Part shown: positions 1 to 11,792 of the stretch, in pieces
Position numbering within the stretch: the first letter of the stretch is position 1
Layout: each line of letters opens with the position of its first letter
Source: Nemertoderma westbladi
Lineage: Eukaryota; Animalia; Xenacoelomorpha
Direction of reading: 5' to 3'
NCBI GenBank assembly: GCA_032718475.1
Contig: JAUCBJ010000952.1
Location: forward strand, 1-52,017
Length of the DNA: 52,017 nt
Notes under the pieces: generated by a model
Database searches by the model: none
Seen by the model: only the letters and a program-made list of their open reading frames with translations
What the model was told of the DNA's origin: nothing
Program-made: the position numbers and the translations under genes

Positions 1-21
1 ATCAGTAATCAAAGTAATCAG

Positions 22-204
22 TTAATTAATTTATAAGTAAGTAAACACTTGTACGACTACAGTACCTTAAATTAATTTATAAGTAAGTAAATACTTGTAC
101 GGCTACAGTACCTTTAATTAATTTATATGTAAGTAAACACTTGTACGGCTACAGTACCTTAAATTAATTTATAAGTAAGTAAACACTTGTACGACTACAG
201 TACC
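22..204. repeat. 46-bp tandem satellite, left part (about 4 units)
   Basis: Unit TTAATTAATTTATAAGTAAGTAAAYACTTGTACGRCTACAGTACCT; AGTACCT recurs at 61 and 107, giving a period of 46. Confidence 0.95.
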
Positions 205-208
205 TTAA

Positions 209-1815
209 GGGGGGGGTACACCCCCCTATGGACCTTTTTTGCAAATGGCTATAATTTCTGCTTGTGTGTAATTTTGTATATTTTATACCTTTCGGGGGAT
301 TAACATATGGCCAAAGATTGGGTTCAAAAAAAAAATTTTCAAATTTGCGTCGCCCTCTAGCGGCCACCAGCGAAATTGTCAATTTCACTAAAAACACTAC
401 TAGTCTCACAATTTTGGGTGAAAATTTTCGAAATTTGGTTTTTCTGAATCAGCATCCTCGGCTCCACAAAACTTATCGGTTACATTTTTTATTTAGGTCT
501 TAAATATTTTTTAAATATTATTAACTAATATTAATTATTACTTAATAGATATTAACTAATTTCAAGAAATTAATATGGCACAATTCAAAATTCTAACCGA
601 TAACTTTTGATCAAAATCCGAAAAGAAATCAAACAAAAAAAAAATTTCGAAAATTGGTTAAGAAATGGCTGAGTAGTAGTATTTTGAATGTGAAAAATAC
701 AATTCCGAGATAAACGCATTTAAACTTTAAGAACAATATATTTCAAATGATCCCGCTATTTTCAGTACTGGTATCTCCTTTTCTTTTCCCATTGGTTATC
801 CCCAATCCATATTTTGTGATTTCTCAATGGATTTCATGAAATTTGGTTCAAAAAAACACCTACCCACTTTTAACAACCTGTTAAAATAATTTTAGTGTGC
901 TTGCCAAAAAACACTTCGCGCAGCACGTGAACAAATTACATTTTGGCGTATTGATTTAATCGCATACTATTTCGTCATTTAGTAATAAATAGTCATGGAA
1001 TAATGAGATAACCTTAAGAAACATTCAAAATTATATAAAAATTTACACATAATTTTATAATAAGCCTTTACACAGAACATTAAGCATTGCGCAGCACGTG
1101 AAACCTTCGCGCAGCACGTGAGACATTTGCGCAGCAGGTGAAGGTTTCACGTAGCACTTAAATTCTTCATAAAGCACGTTAATTAATCGAGCACCTCGGA
1201 AAGCTTTTTGATCAGAATGAGAAGCCTTCACGCGGCACATGAAAAGTTCATGCTGCACATGAAGACTTCGCGCAGCACGTGAATTATTCTCAGAGCCTGC
1301 GGAATTTAAAAAAAATAAGTTTATGGTTGTTTCCCAGAATAATTATTACTAGCTATTGTTATATGATGGTTCACATTTGTTATTACTAGTAGACAACTAG
1401 TCCATTAGGCAACTGTTCAGTATGTAATACAAAACTCACAAATATCTATTAAATATATATTAATTAAAATTTGACGGACATGTTGACAGACAGACAGACA
1501 TACAAACAGACAGACAAACTGAGATACAGACTGAGATACAGACATAGTGATTAGATAATTCCAAATATTAAAACAGACATCGACATTAAGAAAAATCCTA
1601 ACAGTAAACATTTCAGATTGCTTATTTTATGCCCTTTTTAATATTTCGATGGACAGACAGACAGACATACAGACGGAAAACCAGCCATTACTCGAGAAGT
1701 AAAAGAGATCTCGCTAAGCCGTTTCCAGATTTGAAATCCGCATTAAATTCTACTCTAGATGAAATAAAAAAACAAAAAATGAAAATTTTGACCTGAGGGG
1801 GGGTGTACCCCCCCC
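209..1815. mobile_element. Non-autonomous TTAA-specific DNA transposon (Kolobok-type MITE) inserted in the satellite
   Basis: TTAA at 205-208 and 1816-1819. TIRs GGGGGGGGTACACCCCCC / GGGGGGGTGTACCCCCCCC. The satellite resumes in register on both sides. No credible ORF. RR...YY termini with a TTAA TSD are typical of Kolobok. Internal repeats CTTCGCGCAGCACGTGA (about 910-1285) and ACAG microsatellites. Confidence 0.85.
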
Positions 1816-1819
1816 TTAA

Positions 1820-4800
1820 ATTAATTTATAAGTAAGTAAATACTTGTACGGCTACAGTACCTTTAATTAATTTATAAGTAAGTAAACACTTGTACGACTA
1901 CAGTACCTTAAATTAATTTATAAGTAAGTAAATACTTGTACGGCTACAGTACCTTTAATTAATTTATAAGTAAGTAAACACTTGTACGACTACAGTACCT
2001 TAAATTAATTTATAAGTAAGTAAATACTTGTACGGCTACAGTACCTTTAATTAATTTATAAGTAAGTAAACACATGTACGGCTACAGTACCTTTAATTAA
2101 TTTATAAGTAAGTAAACACTTGTACGACTACAGTACCTTAAATTAATTTATAAGTAAGTAAATACTTGTACGGCTACAGTACCTTTAATTAATTTATAAG
2201 TAAGTAAACACTTGTACGACTACAGTACCTTAAATTAATTTATAAGTAAGTAAATACTTGTACGGCTACAGTACCTTTAATTAATTTATAAGTAAGTAAA
2301 CACTTGTACGGCTACAGTACCTTTAATTAATTTATAAGTAAGTAAATACTTGTACGGCTACAGTACCTTTAATTAATTTATAAGTAAGTAAACACTTGTA
2401 CGGCACTCATTACCTTTAATTAATTTATAAGTAAGTAAACACTTGTACGGCTACAGTACCTTTAATTAATTTATAAGTAAGTAAACACTTGTACGGCTAC
2501 AGTACCTTTAATTAATTTATAAGTAAGTAAACACTTGTACGGCTACAGTACCTTTAATTAATTTATAAGTAAGTAAATACTTGTACGGCTACAGTACCTT
2601 TATTTAATTTATAAGTAAGTAAACACTTGTACGGCTACAGTACCTTTAATTAATTTATAAGTAAGTAAACCCTTGTACGGCTACAGTACCTTTAATTAAT
2701 TTATAAGTAAGTAAACACTTGTACGGCTACAGTACCTTTAATTAATTTATAAGTAAGTAAACACTTGTACGGCTACAGTACCTATAATTAATTTATAAGT
2801 AAGTAAATACTTGTACGGCACTCATTACCTTTAATTAATTTATAAGTAAGTAAACACTTGTACGGCTACAGTACCTTAAATTAATTTATAAGTAAGTAAA
2901 TACTTGTACGGCTACAGTACCTTTAATTAATTTATAAGTAAGTAAACACTTGTACGGCTACAGTACCTTTAATTAATTTATTAGTAAGTAAACACTTGTA
3001 CGGCACTCATTACCTATAATTAATTTATAAGTAGTAAACACTTGTACGGCTACAGTACCTTTAATTAATTTATAAGTAAGTAAACACTTGTACGGCTACA
3101 GTACCTTAAATTAATTTATAAGTAAGTAAACACTTGTACGGCTACAGTACCTTTAATTAATTTATAAGTAAGTAAACACTTGTACGGCTACAGTACCTTA
3201 AATTAATTTATAAGTAAGTAAACACTTGTACGGCTACAGTACCTTTAATTAATTTATAAGTAAGTAAACACTTGTACGGCTACAGTACCTTTAATTAATT
3301 TATAAGTAAGTAAACACTTGTACGGCTACAGTACCTTTAATTAATTTATAAGTAAGTAAACACTTGTACGGCTACAGTACCTATAATTAATTTATAAGTA
3401 AGTAAATACTTGTACGGCACTCATTACCTTTAATTAATTTATAAGTAAGTAAACACTTGTACGGCTACAGTACCTTTAATTAATTTATAAGTAAGTAAAC
3501 ACTTGTACGGCACTCATTACCTATAATTAATTTATAAGTAAGTAAACACTTGTACGGCTACAGTACCTTTAATTAATTTATAAGTAAGTAAATACTTGTA
3601 CGGCTACAGTACCTTTAATTAATTTATAAGTAAGTAAATACTTGTACGGCACTCATTACCTATAATTAATTTATAAGTAAGTAAACACTTGTACGGCTAC
3701 AGTACCTTTAATTAATTTATAAGTAAGTAAATACTTGTACGGCTACAGTACCTTTAATTAATTTATAAGTAAGTAAATACTTGTACGGCTACAGTACCTT
3801 TAATTAATTTATAAGTAAGTAAACACTTGTACGGCTACAGTACCTTTAATTAATTTATAAGTAAGTAAACACTTGTACGGCTACAGTACCTTTAATTAAT
3901 TTATAAGTAAGTAAATACTTGTACGGCACTCATTACCTATAATTAATTTATAAGTAAGTAAATACTTGTACGGCTACAGTACCTTTAATTAATTTATAAG
4001 TAAGTAAATACTTGTACGGCACTCATTACCTATAATTAATTTATAAGTAAGTAAACACTTGTACGGCTACAGTACCTTTAATTAATTTATAAGTAAGTAA
4101 ATACTTGTACGGCTACAGTACCTTTAATTAATTTATAAGTAAGTAAATACTTGTAGGGCTACAGTACCTTTAATTAATTTATAAGTAAGTAAACACTTGT
4201 ACGGCTACAGTACCTTTAATTAATTTATAAGTAAGTAAACACTTGTACGGCTACAGTACCTTTAATTAATTTATAAGTAAGTAAACACTTGTACGGCTAC
4301 AGTACCTTTAATTAATTTATAAGTAAGTAAATACTTGTACGGCTACAGTACCTTTAATTAATTTATAAGTAAGTAAATACTTGTACGGCTACAGTACCTT
4401 TAATTAATTTATAAGTAAGTAAATACTTGTAGGGCTACAGTACCTTTAATTAATTTATAAGTAAGTAAACACTTGTACGGCTACAGTACCTTTAATTAAT
4501 TTATAAGTAAGTAAACACTTGTACGGCTACAGTACCTTTAATTAATTTATAAGTAAGTAAACACTTGTACGGCTACAGTACCTTTAATTAATTTATAAGT
4601 AAGTAAATACTTGTACGGCTACAGTACCTTTAATTAATTTATAAGTAAGTAAATACTTGTACGGCACTCATTACCTATAATTAATTTATAAGTAAGTAAA
4701 CACTTGTACGGCTACAGTACCTTTAATTAATTTATAAGTAAGTAAATACTTGTACGGCTACAGTACCTTTAATTAATTTATAAGTAAGTAAATACTTGTA

Positions 4801-5986
4801 GGGCTACAGTACCTTTAATTAATTTATAAGTAAGTAAACACTTGTACGGCTACAGTACCTTTAATTAATTTATAAGTAAGTAAACACTTGTACGGCTACA
4901 GTACCTTTAATTAATTTATAAGTAAGTAAACACTTGTACGGCTACAGTACCTTTAATTAATTTATAAGTAAGTAAATACTTGTACGGCTACAGTACCTTT
5001 AATTAATTTATAAGTAAGTAAATACTTGTACGGCTACAGTACCTTTAATTAATTTATAAGTAAGTAAACACTTGTACGGCTACAGTACCTTTAATTAATT
5101 TATAAGTAAGTAAACACTTGTACGGCTACAGTACCTTTAATTAATTTATAAGTAAGTAAACACTTGTACGGCTACAGTAGTACCTTTAATTAATTTATAA
5201 GTAAGTAAACACTTGTACGGCTACAGTACCTTTAATTAATTTATAAGTAAGTAAATACTTGTACGGCTACAGTACCTTTAATTAATTTATAAGTAAGTAA
5301 ATACTTGTACGGCTACAGTACCTTTAATTAATTTATAAGTAAGTAAACACTTGTACGGCACTCATTACCTATAATTAATTTATAAGTAAGTAAATACTTG
5401 TACGGCTACAGTACCTTTAATTAATTTATAAGTAAGTAAATACTTGTAGGGCTACAGTACCTTTAATTAATTTATAAGTAAGTAAATACTTGTACGGCTA
5501 CAGTACCTTTAATTAATTTATAAGTAAGTAAATACTTGTACGGCTACAGTACCTTTAATTAATTTATAAGTAAGTAAACACTTGTACGGCACTCATTACC
5601 TATAATTAATTTATAAGTAAGTAAATACTTGTACGGCTACAGTACCTTTAATTAATTTATAAGTAAGTAAATACTTGTACGGCACTCATTACCTATAATT
5701 AATTTATAAGTAAGTAAATACTTGTACGGCACTCATTACCTATAATTAATTTATAAGTAAGTAAATACTTGTACGGCTACAGTACCTTTAATTAATTTAT
5801 AAGTAAGTAAATACTTGTACGGCTACAGTACCTTTAATTAATTTATAAGTAAGTAAATACTTGTACGGCACTCATTACCTATAATTAATTTATAAGTAAG
5901 TAAATACTTGTACGGCTACAGTACCTTTAATTAATTTATAAGTAAGTAAACACTTGTACGGCTACAGTACCTTTAATTAATTTATA
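1820..5986. repeat. 46-bp tandem satellite, main array (about 90 units)
   Basis: Near-identical units with recurring variants (AAACAC/AAATAC; GGCTACAGTACCTTT versus GGCACTCATTACCTAT). No unique spacers. Confidence 0.97.
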
Positions 5987-6235
5987 TTAATTTACCTGCA
6001 CGATTATGGGAAGACACGGGTTCGATCCCTATCTGTGGCTACTATAATTTTGCGCTGTTTATCGAAGTCCTGTTTAGATGATTACTTCATAAAAAATTCA
6101 ATTTCTAAATAATATAATTTAAACTAATGATATTTCCTAAAGAGGCCTAAGAAATAATTGAAGCTAAAAGGAAATGTTGGCATTATTATGGTATATGTTA
6201 TTTAAAAATTAATTATAATTCATTTATTATAGGAG

Positions 6236-8175
6236 ATGGCAGCGGCCCAAATATTACTAATTGGTGTATTTATCGCAAACCTTGGGCTTCTATCTGCTAG
6301 TTACATACCCCAGGGTTGAGTGAAAATTAATTTTTCCTCTCGAAATTGGTGTTTTATCCTTAATTAAATTAATTTAAAATGAACATTAACAAATTAATTA
6401 CCAAGTATTATTAACAAAATTATTGTGAAGATTAACAAGTAGGTACCAAATACTCGATTGGTGAAAAGATTCAAATTATTTTTGTTCACAATATATTCAC
6501 TCCTTTTGGAGTTATAGAATGGGATAATCTTTAAGGCTCGTTTGTCCAAGGAATGCCCTTCCACTCAGTTTCCTAAGTTAACTTTGTTCATATTTATCGA
6601 CCAGTAAGTTTAGGATAAAAGCCAGGGTTGGTCTAGGCTGCAGCATTTAAAGCCATGTGCCCAAACAGTGCTGCATCATTTAGGGATCGAACCAGGGATT
6701 CCTAATTTGAAACCCATGAATGTCAACACTAGACCAAGCTGCTGCTTTGGCGTTATTGTGGTATGAATTAGGCCAATATAACCCATAGTCATAACCCAAA
6801 TGATTAAAAGGAAAAATTTTAGTCCAAAATGGCAAATTTTGAAAACATCTATTAAAAAGAAGAAATTTCACTCAACCCGAATCCTATAGAATGTGATTAT
6901 CCAAACCATAACCCTAGACAATGCTTTATTAATCGGTATAAACGGATAGATGATAATGTAAGTAAATGATAAGGGGTTTCCTTGATAAAGTCATAATTAA
7001 TTCGCGATTAATCAAAGTTCTATGTCAGCTAGTCAATCGGGCACTAACACTGGTACACAATAACGAAACCAGAATAAGCGTTTTTATCAAAGACAAAGCA
7101 GAATTCTTAGAATTAACAGTAAATAAACGACTTTCCACTATATACAGTAAACTATATAATTAATTGAATTAAATAAAGTTATTGTATTTCTTTTCCCTTA
7201 GAATTGGACGAGTTACAGCGCCTTTTGTAAGAACAAAGCGAAAAAACAGGTAATTTGTTTTTTATAATATAAAAGTAAATGAAACTGAAGATTCTATAGG
7301 TACGATTTACAATAAACAACATTCACACATCTCCATAACTAACTTAGTGAATATCTTATATTAATTACTAAATGTAATCAACTGAATCAATTATTATTAT
7401 TGACAAAACCAAATAATTATCAAGCGAGATTGATCAATATCACTTTAGTTAATTTGTTACTTAATAATTGTTACGTTTAGTAACGCAAGATTTTATTATA
7501 ATGCAGGTGTACAATGATTGCACAAATATTGATGATAGCAAAATCATCAAAATAGAGTGGATCAACAAAGATTTAAAAAGGTGCGACACACAGACAGCGG
7601 GAGGACCATGGCTGTTGATCCAACGGAGAGTGGATAAAGATACGGATTTCTATAAGGATTGGAATGAATATTCTAAAGGTTTCGGTGATGTGAAAACCAA
7701 CTTCTGGCTCGGGTTGGAATCTATTCACAATGTATCTAAAAATGGCGGCGTGAAGTTGAGGTTCGATTTATGGTTTGTAGATGGCGATTATAAGTATGCG
7801 GAATATGGATCATTTCTAATCGATTCCGAAGCTAAAAATTATAGTATTCATTTATCTCACTACAGCGGGAATGCGACAGATGCAATGCTTATAGGCTGTA
7901 ATCCTTCTACGAGAAAACACATGCATCTGTGTCAAAACGGACAGCCTTTCTCTACCAAAGACAAGGACAATGATAAATGTGTGGTGCAATGCAAAGGGAA
8001 ATATGAAGGTAGCTGTGCTAAACGTCATCAAGGGGCCTGGTGGTACCTTCGTTGTAGTGTGGCCAACCTCAACGGGGTATATGGACCGGAATTAACATGG
8101 GGGGCAAAATACGTGTTAGGTGTGACGCATAATATGGTAGCAATAAAGAAAATGGAGATCAAAGTTAAGATCTAG
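6236..8175 (+). CDS. Secreted fibrinogen C-terminal domain protein (FReD; ficolin/angiopoietin-like). Predicted exons 6236-6314, 6890-6957, 7202-7249, 7507-8175 (287 aa)
   Basis: Exon 4 has FBG motifs (CDTQTAGGPWLLIQRR, DFYKDWNEYSKGFGD, FWLGLESIH, FSTKDKDND, GAWWYLRCSVANLNGVY). Exon 1 encodes a hydrophobic signal peptide (MAAAQILLIGVFIANLGLLSAS). GT/AG introns of phase 1, 0, 0 join into one open frame. Confidence 0.85.
6313..6878. mobile_element. Possible MITE nearly coextensive with intron 1 of the FReD gene
   Basis: Perfect 13-bp inverted repeat GGGTTGAGTGAAA (6313-6325) / TTTCACTCAACCC (6866-6878). No clean TSD. Confidence 0.5.
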
Positions 8176-8479
8176 AGAATAGAGAAACTAAAACTTTCTT
8201 TTATGGTGAAGTCGGAGATATGTTGGTGTAGGGCATACATGTAATACATTGATAAAACATTATAATATAGATACACAATTAATCGTTATAGTTAAGAATA
8301 GGGTTAAGAATATGAAATGAAGAATATCATAGATTCGATAAAGACAACAAAGTAATTGCCCTATATAAAGCGCTGACGACCCCTCTGACCCCTCTAACTA
8401 TAGACCGAAAGCTCTGCTTCCTATTTTAGGCAACATATATTAACAAATAATCAACTCGCAACTACATAGCTATTCTGTT

Positions 8480-8690
8480 CAAATATAACATCTTTACCAA
8501 TTCCCAATACGGAATTCGCCCAAAAACAACTACCTCCCATGCTATCCTGTCTATTACTGAAACAATCCACCCCATCCTAGATAACAAACAAGCACTCTGC
8601 TTGTGTCATCTATATAGTCCTTAAATAGGCCTTTGACACCATTGACCACAAAATTATGTTGAATAAATTTGAACACTATGGTGTTAGTAC
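8480..8690 (+). pseudogene. Decayed CR1/L2-group LINE reverse-transcriptase fragment
   Basis: Frameshifted remnants read NSQYGIRP, AFDTIDHK and MLNKFEHYGV, matching non-LTR RT motifs. Confidence 0.6.
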
Positions 8691-9275
8691 GGCAGATTAA
8701 TGTAAAATCATTCAAATTGTGATACAAGCATGACATTTGGTACGAACGTTCCTTTGGGGTCACTTTGCAAGAAAAAAGTGATTGACACTTGGAGTTCAAA
8801 CATGGCGGCCACAAGTACACTTTTCCGTTAACTTTGTGGAGGATTTCAGAAAATGATTTACATTTGTGCACTACATTTGGAAAAATATATGTTGAATATA
8901 TAATCTTCATATAATTTTATATTTCCATTGCAACCGATAAAAATTTAAATTTGTATTTTTCCATGGCAACCGACAAAAATTTAAATTTAACATTTTTAAG
9001 TCATCTGGACATGATAAATTAGTTAAAATAAACAGGTTTGCTTTTGTGCGTTCTTGTTTATAATTACAGTTCCAATCCAGGTGGGTGTTGTGTTTTAAAT
9101 CAATTAAAATTAATCAATTAAAGTTAATCTGCTGTAGGCTGCTATCTGGCTATGACTGTATCTGGATCTGCAAGTCTTGGTACCGGTAGCAGTACTGGTG
9201 CCGGGTTTGCAGGTTTGATAGGCCTACAGGTGGTCTAGGACTAAGTACTGGTTATAGATATGCAATACAGACAGT

Positions 9276-9760
9276 ATGTTATGTGATGATTCCGAGGTTC
9301 CCTCTCTGGTAATAATTATCAACTCCTATCTGTGGTTTTTGCATCAAGGAATGTCGATTAGTACCTTGGAAGCAACATATCGTGCTTGTCTTTGGAGGTT
9401 TATGCCAGAGGAGATATACCAAGTGAAAACTGAACTTTTCGAGAAATGTAAAGGTGATATTATAAGACGGAAGGATACTGGAGAGCATTTGGCAGCTGCA
9501 GCGAATATATAGGATATGTGGGAGAAGATACAGGACCTTGATTACTCTGGTGACTTACCACTAGTAGCGATACCCATCATGCACTATCTCTCCCTAGTAG
9601 GCTAGAAGAGCAGGACTCATATAGAACTAACGCTGCAGAGAGAGCGGCCAACTTGTGAGAATTGAAATGAGAAGTTGGATACGTTAGGCCGTTCGATGAA
9701 ATCGCAAATGAAGGAAATGGAAGGTAGATATACAGGCAAATTCAGGAGTTTGTAGGCCTA
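9276..9760 (+). pseudogene. Decayed ORF1-like N-terminus of a CR1/L2-group LINE
   Basis: IINSYLWFL...ACLWRFMPEEIYQVKTELF...RRKD...NI*DMWEKIQDLD...LPLVA resembles the N-terminal pattern of invertebrate CR1-group ORF1 proteins. In-frame stops are present. Confidence 0.45.
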
Positions 9761-10517
9761 GGTCTATCTGGAGGAGAAGTTTTGTTGCCGGAAAGTGGGA
9801 GAGGGTGTGTTGTACACGCATAAGGAGGTAGCAGAGTGCGAAGGGGTATTAAATTGTGAGCTATTACGTGTACCAAAGGATGACCGAGGATCATCGAGGG
9901 CTTTAATGCCGGTGCACATATTAAAGGGGAGGCCAGCAGAGGTGGCATGTACCAATAAAAATGACATGAAGGGCGGTATTCTACCGCCAAGCGACAAGAT
10001 GAAGGGTGGCCCTTTGCCACCAGGGGACGACCACGAGGAGATCAGTCTTATGACAGAAAGACCCGATTTAAGGATGGAAGAGAGGGGAAGGTCAGTTCCA
10101 AGAGAGTTGGAATTGACAAGGAGAGTGGGGCAAAGAATTAGAGGACCTACAGGGGGGCAGTGGGAGAGTTGCCTGCTGGAAGAATCACCCTTAGGTTGTT
10201 GAATCGTCCAAATAAGTTGGACTGAAGAGGGGGGGGGGGGGGGGGGAGATGGAAGAGTCCGGTTGGTGGATGTGAGAATAGGAGGCAAGATAGAAGCAAA
10301 GGACAGGAAGACCTACAGGAGGGCTGTAGGAAAGTGCTGCCTACTAGAAGGGGCACCTTAGAGTTTAGTCGTCCAAATGTTGGACTGAGGGGGTGGGAAT
10401 GAGGGCGAGACGCCCTTCCTACACAAAATATTAAAAAAAAATATGTAATAAAATAATAAAATTAAAAAGTGATATTAATATAAAGTTAGAAAGTAATAGT
10501 ACTGTAGATAGTACGTA

Positions 10518-10790
10518 GTTAGAAGTATAGGGAGTGTGGTATATAAACATACCACGGGAATAGGAGGGTACATAGTACCATTAGAGTTAGAAGTATAGGG
10601 AGTGTGGAATATAAACATACCACGGGAGTAGGAGGGTACATAGTACCGTTAGAGTTAGAAGTATAGGGAGTGTGGTATATGTACATACCACGGGAATAGG
10701 AGGGTACATAGTACCATTAGAGTTAGAAGTATAGGGAGTGTGGAATATAAACATACCACGGGAGTAGGAGGGTACATAGTGCCGTAGTAG
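10518..10790. repeat. 68-bp minisatellite, 4 copies
   Basis: Unit GTTAGAAGTATAGGGAGTGTGGWATATAAACATACCACGGGARTAGGAGGGTACATAGTACCATTAGA starting at 10518, 10586, about 10655 and about 10722. Confidence 0.9.
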
Positions 10791-11132
10791 AGTTAGTAGA
10801 GTTAGTGGAATTAGTAGAGTTAGTAGAGTTAGCAGTACGAGAGTAGAGAGTATGATATATAAATATATCATAAGAGTAGTAGTAGTAGGGTACGTAGTAC
10901 CGCAGAGGTTGTGGGCATAGAAAGTGCCATGAAAGTGAGAGGGGGGCACATGGGTACATCAGGATAGACCGTGTAGGCCGCACGAGACAGACTACTGTAC
11001 TGCAAAGCCCATAGGGTAAGTTAGGATGTTTGATACAGGGCCAGGAGGCTACCTGGTGCAGACTAGCACAGTAGATAATAGCTAGTCTACCCTGTACACA
11101 AACTATAGGGGTTATCTAGGTAAAAATTAAAA

Positions 11133-11516
11133 CAGTAGGGCAGGTCCGATAAGCATAGCCTATTCATTATTTAGTTGATCAAGAGTGGGTTGGTTTAACC
11201 TCGTCAACTAAATAAGTCATTGAGGGCTATAGCGCCTAGGGCACCATTGAAGGCAAAGGCTTGATACGCATCTAGATTAGATGCGTCCGGTAGGTCCATT
11301 CAGTCCAGTCAGGTCAGGTCCCCAGATCCTGCTACCACTATGGCACTAATCTGGTACTACCTGTAGCTGTCAGCCCAGTAGGGCAGGCCCGATAAGCATA
11401 GCCTATTCATTATTTAGTTGATCAAGAGTGGGTTGGTTCAGCCCCGTCAACTAAATAAGTCATTGAGGGCTATAGCGCCTAGGGCACCATTGAAGGCAAA
11501 GGCTTGATACGCATCT
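11133..11516. repeat. Pair of 141-bp direct repeats (11133-11273 and 11376-11516) with internal hairpins
   Basis: Near-identical copies. Each contains the inverted arms TTATTTAGTTGA...TCAACTAAATAA and ATAGCC...GGCTAT. Confidence 0.9.
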
Positions 11517-11792
11517 GCATTAGAGATGATACAAGCCCTACCCTGTCTTTACTGGATGCTCCTCTACCAGTGTTAGGTAACCTAACCCAGGAGGCACACT
11601 TGGTTCAGGGTGTAACAAATGGACCCCTACAGTCGGCAGCAGGGTTGTAGGCCATGGATAGGCGGAAGGTAATCAACCAACGGCTTGACATGCTGACAAG
11701 GTCGGCGGAAGGTAATCAACCAACGGCGACCTTCTGCGAAGACGCTTGTAGGAGTTGCGACCACAAGCGGTTTACCCCCGCAACTGAAAGAT

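Noticed and set aside
22-5986. Regular short repeat array as a CRISPR array
   Set aside because: Units are head-to-tail with no unique spacers, there are no cas genes, and the context is eukaryotic.
6015-6035. tRNA gene or SINE at GGGTTCGATCCC (also inverted at about 6682-6693)
   Set aside because: Only an isolated B-box-like motif; no A box or cloverleaf is identifiable.
9742-10983. Pro-rich and Tyr/Thr-rich ORFs as genes
   Set aside because: They are by-products of G-rich low-complexity DNA and the 68-bp minisatellite.
11140-11240. Hammerhead ribozyme
   Set aside because: CCGATAAG only loosely resembles CUGAUGA, and no correctly placed GAAA core follows stem II.
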